A stretch of 39,356 nucleotides of DNA. Origin: Chiloscyllium plagiosum (taxonomy: Eukaryota). Positions 12,101-19,300 of this stretch are shown in pieces; position 1 is the first letter of the stretch; each line of letters begins with the position of its first letter. The stretch is taken from the NCBI RefSeq assembly GCF_004010195.1, contig NC_057760.1, positions 1,277,607 to 1,316,962 of the forward strand, read 5' to 3'. Under the pieces are notes generated by a model. It saw only the letters and a list, made by a program, of their open reading frames with translations. It was not told where the DNA came from and ran no database searches. Made by a program: the position numbers and the translations under genes.

Positions 12101-13343
12101 CCCACTTACGTGCACTGCTCCCGCTGTCGGTACAGCACAAGCTGCAGCCGGGCTTATGCTGATCACATGATCAGGTAGGAACCCCCCCCCCCCCCCCCGC
12201 CTCTTCTACCTCCACCCGCCTCCCTCAACCCTCCACCCACCTACTCACCCTCTCCACGCACGCCCGCACACGCATACACACACAGTCTTCTCTGTGACCT
12301 GGACGTACGAGTGCACAAATGATGCAAAGCTGTTCCCAGGAAGGTGGGGAAAAAGATCAGCTTGAACCGTGAGCATTTAGAAAAACATTAGAATGCTGGA
12401 ACGGATAAGGTCCTGAAGAGACCGATGCTGAGAGGACGCCCTCTTTTCCCCCACCTCCTGGGACAATGTGGAACCAGGCAAGGGGGCACAGCTTTATGAT
12501 GAGGGGCTTAGCACGGAGATCGGGGAGTGATTTCTTTTGCAGGATCTGTGGAATTCGCTGTCCCAGAGCGCAGAGAGGGCTCAGTCACGGAAACCATTCC
12601 AAGGACCAAGTTAGATTTTTGGATTGACAAAAGGGGCATTAAGGTGGGGGAAACGAGCAGGGAAACGCAGCCTGGAACAGATTGGCTGTGACCTTGGCCA
12701 AGTGAGGACTCTTAAGGGGGGAGGCTGGCTAAATACACAAGGGAGTCAGGAGTAGAAGGTTGGCAGGTGTAACGGGTGGGGGGAAAGGGAGAAGAAGGTT
12801 GGAGGTGGGGTGTGGCGCAGACGGACTGAGCAGCCTGCTCCCATCCATGTATGCATCATTAGCTGTTTGCACCTGACTGATGCCATACCTCTCCTCACTG
12901 ATTTGCTGCAGGAACCCACTGTGTTGATGTTTACAGCGGACGCTATGTAAACCTGCTGTCCCGTCGATTGTAGCTACCCTCCCAGCTTCTCAGTCTTTTG
13001 GAGTTGTTGAACTTCCACTATTTTATCCTGTTGGTTCTTCTCAGCACGATTTTCATTCCTTGACTACAGGCTGAATCTGGTCTGTTTTCTGATGCACCCT
13101 TCTCTAGCTTAATTTCCCACCGTTAATAGTAAAACTTAAGCAAAGTTGCTTAAGTCTGCGCACTAGAAGTTGGTGTTGTGTTTGCACGGGCCCAGTTAAG
13201 TGGCACTGCTTCTGTGAGCAGCCCAACATCTCAAACCCATGATTTGATAGTTTTGTTGAAGTATTTTGACTGCAACCTTCCCAGATTTTGTGTAATCTGC
13301 AAGGTGTGAAACTAAAACACTGATACGTTGGGAGTGCCAGGTC

Positions 13344-13375
<32 letters not shown>

Positions 13376-16300
13376 AGAAATACCTTCCCAGTATTTCCAT
13401 CAGTGGCGGTGTGTTTTTAATATGCCTGGGTAATGTTCATTAGTCCAGCTCTTCTTTATTCTGCAGTTACCACACTCAACGCGGGAAACCAAAATACTTG
13501 ATGTTTGGAAAAGTGAAGAAAAGGTAATTGTTCCACCTTCGGCTTCTCAAGAGTCACAGCCCACTTTTGTTTTTGTCCCCTTCCCAGACGATTAAAAACA
13601 AACTTACCGGAGGACTACCTTGGGCCCTAGACAGTGCCTGAGGAAGTGATAGGTGTGAAAGCGCAGGATGTACCCGTGACGCGGTACATACGGGGGGGCA
13701 ACCTGCTCTTTCTGGGCGTGTGCTCTCCAGTGTCTCGGCAGGTCTCACAGTTGGGCAGAGGGGTCTGGGCTGCCAAAACACTCCCCTCCCGCGCCACACA
13801 CACACACATCCGCCTCCCAGCACCCTGCTGCTATGTCTTGTGATGTGCGTGTCAGGCCATGCGTTAGGTGTGCAGATGATTTTAATTAAACCAGTTCAGA
13901 TGTTTTATGAAGCGGGCAGGACTTGAACTCTGAACCATAAAGCCAGAGGCAGTGCCCTTGTCAGAAAAAGGCTGACCAACTCCGAACCCTTACCCTGCCA
14001 AGCGCCAGTCCCAGTTCTGACCTGTCTCTTGCTCTCCCAGATGAGCCATCAGTAACATGGGTGAAGTTGCAGTGAGCACTAAATAGAGGGGAGAGGGGGT
14101 TGCTTATTCTCTGCTGCTGTGGGGGTCATCCTGCTATACTGATGGTGAGCAGTGTACCGCTGGCTGCTGCTCTTGTTCTGCGCTGTTAGGCTGTAGTCTT
14201 CGAGGGAAAGGTGCATGCCCATGCTCTTACAGCCTGCTCACTTTGTCGAACATGTGGCCACGTCAGTGACACAGTAGGGGCACAGTTGGTGCGAAAGACT
14301 GACTTTCCTATAGAGCCTTTCGCATCCTCGGGGGCGTCCCAAAGTTCTGCACAGCTAATCGTTCACTTTCGAAGTGTCATAAAATAGGAGCCACGGGAGC
14401 CAACGTGCACGCAAACAGCTCCGAGAAACAGCAATGCGATAACGATCCAGATGGTGGTTGAGGGAGAAATACTGGCACTGGAGAGGGGGTGGGGAGGAGG
14501 ACTTGCACCCCCCCCCCCCCACTCCAGCCCATCTGCTGTCCTTCCTAAGCTTACGGTCTCACCCTGAAGGGCGGCACCTCCCTCAGGGGGAGTGACAGCC
14601 TGAAAGTTGCACCCAGGATTCTGGAGTGGGGGTTCCCAGGCGGAGCCCGCCACCTTGAAACTCCAAGGCAGGACGGCTGTCCCCTTTAACAGTTCCCGTT
14701 TGGTTAGCTCTTTGCGGGGTGGCGGGGCGTGAATTGCGGGGGTGCTGGAGGGGTGTTGTGTGACCTCGCCAACAGGAGTAACCTCTGCTTCCCGACAGCG
14801 CGATTCTCCTTGTCTGCACATCCTGTACGTTCGCCGTGGAGACGGGAGACGGAGACGAGATGGCCCAGCACTTGGATCAGAACCCAGGCCATGGACCCTG
14901 TTGCTTTGTGACGTTTTCTGGTGAGCAGAGGCAGGTGGCAATTGGCGTGGTCGGGTGGTGGGGGGAGGGGGAGTTGTTGCGGAAACTGGGAAGCCAGAGA
15001 GGAGGGCTGAAGTTGGAGGGGTAATGGGTGGTTGTAGAGGAGGGGAGGGATAGGGGCAGGGATGTCGGATGTTGGAAGCAGTGCTGTTTGGTGGAGTCCT
15101 GGGGGTCAGAGAGTGAGAGGGGGAGGGTTGGTGAGTGTCGGGAGCTGAAGAGGGTTGGCGGATGCAGGAGCCATAGCATCCTTAGAGTGTGGAAGCAGGC
15201 CATTTGACCCACACTGACCCTCCAAAGACCATCCCACCAAAACCCAGCCCCCTAGCCTATCCCAGTAATCCTGCATGTCCCAGGGCTAATCCATCTAACC
15301 TGCACATCTGCGGACACTATCGGCAATTTAGCAGGTCAGTCCACCCTAACCTGCACATCTTTGGACTGTGGGAGGAAACCCACACAGACACTGGGGCAGA
15401 ATGTGCAAACTCCACGCAGACAGTTGCACTGAGGCTGGAATCGGACCCTGGACCCTGGCGCCGTGAGGCAGCAGTGCTAACCACTGGGGAGAGGGGGGCT
15501 TGGCATGTTCAGGAAGGGGAAGAGGGATCTGGTAGGTTGATGAGGATTGGCTGAGGCAGGAGAATGTTGGCGAGTGCAGGAGGAGGACTCGATGAATAAA
15601 AGTTGCATTGTCCCGGGTTTTGACAATCACAAAACCCTCTTGTTTATTTTTGTTGCATTTTCACATGCCTCCTTCATCTCTTCTATGTTTGACAGTGGGG
15701 GATCGCAAGGGCAAAGCAGCCAAAGTGACGGAGGAGCCACAGCCAGCCTCCCAGTCAAAGCTCACTGTCTCTGATTCGCAAGTAGAAGAGGTGGGGAGTA
15801 GCAGTGTGCCGAACCCTCAGGCTGATGAAGAGCAGAAAGATGAAAGTCTGGGTAAGTAAGGTTGAAAATATTCCTTGCACAAGTGTGTCAGTCAGCTAGG
15901 TGTTTTCAAAGCTGCCATCCAGTTTGTTTTACCCATAGTCTCCCGTCCAAGCACCTGGAGCATTTAGTTTACAAGCATTGGGTCTGGCTCAAGGGTATGT
16001 GTAGTTCCAAGGTGAAGTAGAGGCAAGACTTCACCCCTCACTGCTTCCTCATGAAGCAAGAGGCAAAAAAACCTGCAGATGCTGGAGGCTGGAAGAAAAC
16101 GGCAAGCCAGGCAGCATTAGGAGGTGGAAGCAAGGACAACCTAGCGCACAGAGCGTTACTCACAGAACAAGAGACTGAGGCCCCCAGGACTTAATGCCCA
16201 AGCCAGACATCCACCTCAGCAAGGCAAGACCAATGTGACAAGGGAGCTGTGGTGGGCAATGAAACAGTCCGTGGCTGAGGGTGTTTTTGTTGCACCCCCC

Positions 16301-19300
16301 ACCACCGCCCAATCACCCTCATGGGTCTTGTGCCCAAACTATTGGAGCATCAGGCTTTTCTGTTTGTGTCTTGCCCATCCATCTGTTCATTTGGGCAACC
16401 TCTGAGCTCTCTCCGCTTGCCTGGAAAAGAGGAAACATGGACCACGTTGTGGGGCTTTATAGTGTTGCCTTAGTCAGAAGGGTGTGCTGATGGGGCTTAC
16501 AGACAGGAAGGAACCAGCTGGGGGTTTGCCAGTGAGCTGTGTCAATCAAGCAGCAAGAAAAGGGATAAAGATGATGGCCGTTGCAACACTCTGCCACGTC
16601 TGTGAAGGTCGGCACAGTGGCTCAGGGGTTAGCACTACTGCCTCCCAACACCAGGGACCTGGGTTCAATTCCACTGTCAGTCTGGAGTTTGCACATTGTC
16701 CCCATGCCTGCACGTGTTTTTTCCCCACAGTCTAAAGATGTACAGGTTCGAGTGGATTGGCCATGCTAAATTGTCCCGTAGTGCCCAGGGATGTGCAGGT
16801 TCGAGTGGATTGTCCATGCTAAATTGTCCCGTAGTACCCAGGGATGTGCAGGTTAGGGTGGGTTGGCCATGTTACATTGTCCCATAATATCCAGGGATGT
16901 GCAGGTTAGGGTGGATTGGCCATGCTAAATTGTCCCGTAGTGCCCAGGGATGTGCAGGTTAGGGTGGATTGGCCATGCTAAATTGTCCCATAGAAGGGCT
17001 TATGCCCGAAACGTCGATTCTCCTGTTCCCTGGATGCTGCCTGACCTGCTGCGCTTTTCCAGCAACACATTTCCAGCTCTGATCTCCAGCATCTGCAGAC
17101 CTCACTTTCTCCCCATGCTTAATTGTCCCATAGTGCCCAGGGATGTGCAGGTTAGGGTGGGTTGGCCATGCTAAATTGTCCAATAGTACCCAGGGATGTG
17201 CAGGTTAGGGTGGATTGGCCATGGGAAATTGTCCCATAATGCCCAGGGATGTGCAGGTTAGGGTGGATTGGCCATGCTAAATTGTCCCATAGTGCCTAGG
17301 GATGTGCAGGTTAGGGTGGATTGGCCATGCTAAATTGTCCCATAGTGTCCAGGGATGTGCAGGTTAGGGTGGATTGGCCATGCTAAATTGTCCCATAGTG
17401 CCCAGGGATGTGCAGGTTAGGGTGGATTGGCCATGCTAAATTGTCCCATAGTGCCCAGGGATGTGCAGGTTAGGGTGGATTGGCCATGCTAAATTGTCCC
17501 ATAGTGCCCAGGGATGTGCAGGTTAGGGTGGATTGGCCATGCTAAATTGTCCCATAGAGCCTGGGGATGTTTAGGTTCGGATGGATTGGCCATGCTAAAT
17601 TATCCCATAGTGCCCAGGAATGTGTCGGTTAGGGTGGATTGGCCATGCTAAATTGTCCCATAGTGCCCAGGGATGTGCAGGTTAGGGTGGATTGGCCATG
17701 CTAAATTGTCCCATAGTGCCCAGGGATGTGCAGGTTAGGGTGGATTGGCCATGCTAAATTGTCCCATAGTGCCCAGGGATGTGCAGGTTAGGGTGGATTG
17801 GCCATGCTAAATTGTCCCATAGTGCCCAGGGATGTGCAGGTTAGGGTGGATTGGCCATGCTAAATTGTCCCATAGTGCCCAGGGATGTGCAGGTTAGGGT
17901 GGATTGGCCATGCTAAATTGTCCCATAGTGCCCAGGGATGTGCAGGTTAGGGTGGATTGGCCATGCTAAATTGTCCCATAGTGCCCAGGGATGTGCAGGT
18001 TAGGGTGGATTGGCCATGCTAAATTGTCCCATAGTGCCCAGGGATGTGCAGGTTAGGGTGGATTGGCCNNNNNNNNNNNNNNNNNNNNNNNNNNNNNNNN
18101 NNNNNCTCCTATTTATCTCTCAGCATCTCTCCCCACCACCACCACCCCCACCCCCACTCATTCCTGATGAAGGGCTTCTGCCTGATACATTGACTCCTGT
18201 TCCTCGGATGCTGCCTGACCTGCTGTGCTTTTCCAGCACCAGCCTTTTTGACTCTGATCCCCAGCATCTGCAGTCCTCACTTTCTCATAGAATGTTATGG
18301 CATTGTAATCTAGTGGGTAAGACTTGAACTTGGGCTTTGTGGCTCAGAGGTAGGAACACCACCATTGTGCAACAAGAACCCTCACCATAACCATGTCATC
18401 TACTTATACTTCAGGTGCTTGTCATTTCTGATGTCTGCATTGATCGGAAGTATGTTTTGTGTTTTGTGCGACCTTATCTGATTTCTGAATATATCTCTCC
18501 CCTCTGTAGATCCATCAGTCAGTGAGGTCAAGAACTCAGTTGTCAAGTAAGTATATGTTGCAGAGTTCACTAGTCTCCCATTGGCAGGCTGGAGGGATTT
18601 AGAGTTCCCATGGTTAATGTGACCTGCGAGGAGCTTTGTGGGGCTACTAGGATCCATCTGTGTGTCTCTGGGCTAGAAAAGAATTAGTGCAAAAGAGATT
18701 GCATTGACCCCACTGTGCTGCTTTCCTATCTATAGTTTCCCACTGTGCTAATTCATGGTTCAGCCCAGTGCTGTCCTGGGAATGATTGAGGGGACAGTTT
18801 AAGAGAGTAGAAACTGTTACTCTATATCTAACCCCGTGCGGTCACTGTCCTCTGTTTTGAAGTGGGCAGTGTTGAGAGAGCTTTACTTTGTGTTTAAAAA
18901 TGGAGAGAGATTTACCTTCTGTTTAAAAGAGTAGATGGTGTTTTCCTCTGTCCCTATCATATGCACCCAGGATAGCACCGAGTCTGATACAGAGTAAAGC
19001 TCATTCTACACTGTCCCCCACCAAACATTCCCAATACAGAGACAACATGGGGTTAGAGACAATGTCAAGGGAGCTTTACTTTTAGTTTAGAAAAGTAGAG
19101 GTGGCAATACTCTATATCTGTTCTCAGTCTGTGCCTATCATGGGAGTGCTTTATGGAGACCATAGGAAGGGAGTCTTTCTCCATATCTCACTCTGTTCTG
19201 TATCTATCCTGGGAGATTTGAATGGGGATAGTGCAGAGGAGGCTTTATTTGCAGTATATTTGAGTAGAGGGTGCTTTACACTGTATCTCACTCCACTCTG

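Noticed and set aside
10395..12166. 308-aa and 292-aa minus-strand ORFs
   Set aside because: Antisense to POGZ exons and spanning intronic repeats; no protein-like features
16737..18068. CRISPR array or telomeric tract
   Set aside because: Head-to-tail 53-bp units with no unique spacers, eukaryotic context; TTAGGG occurs once per unit, not in tandem
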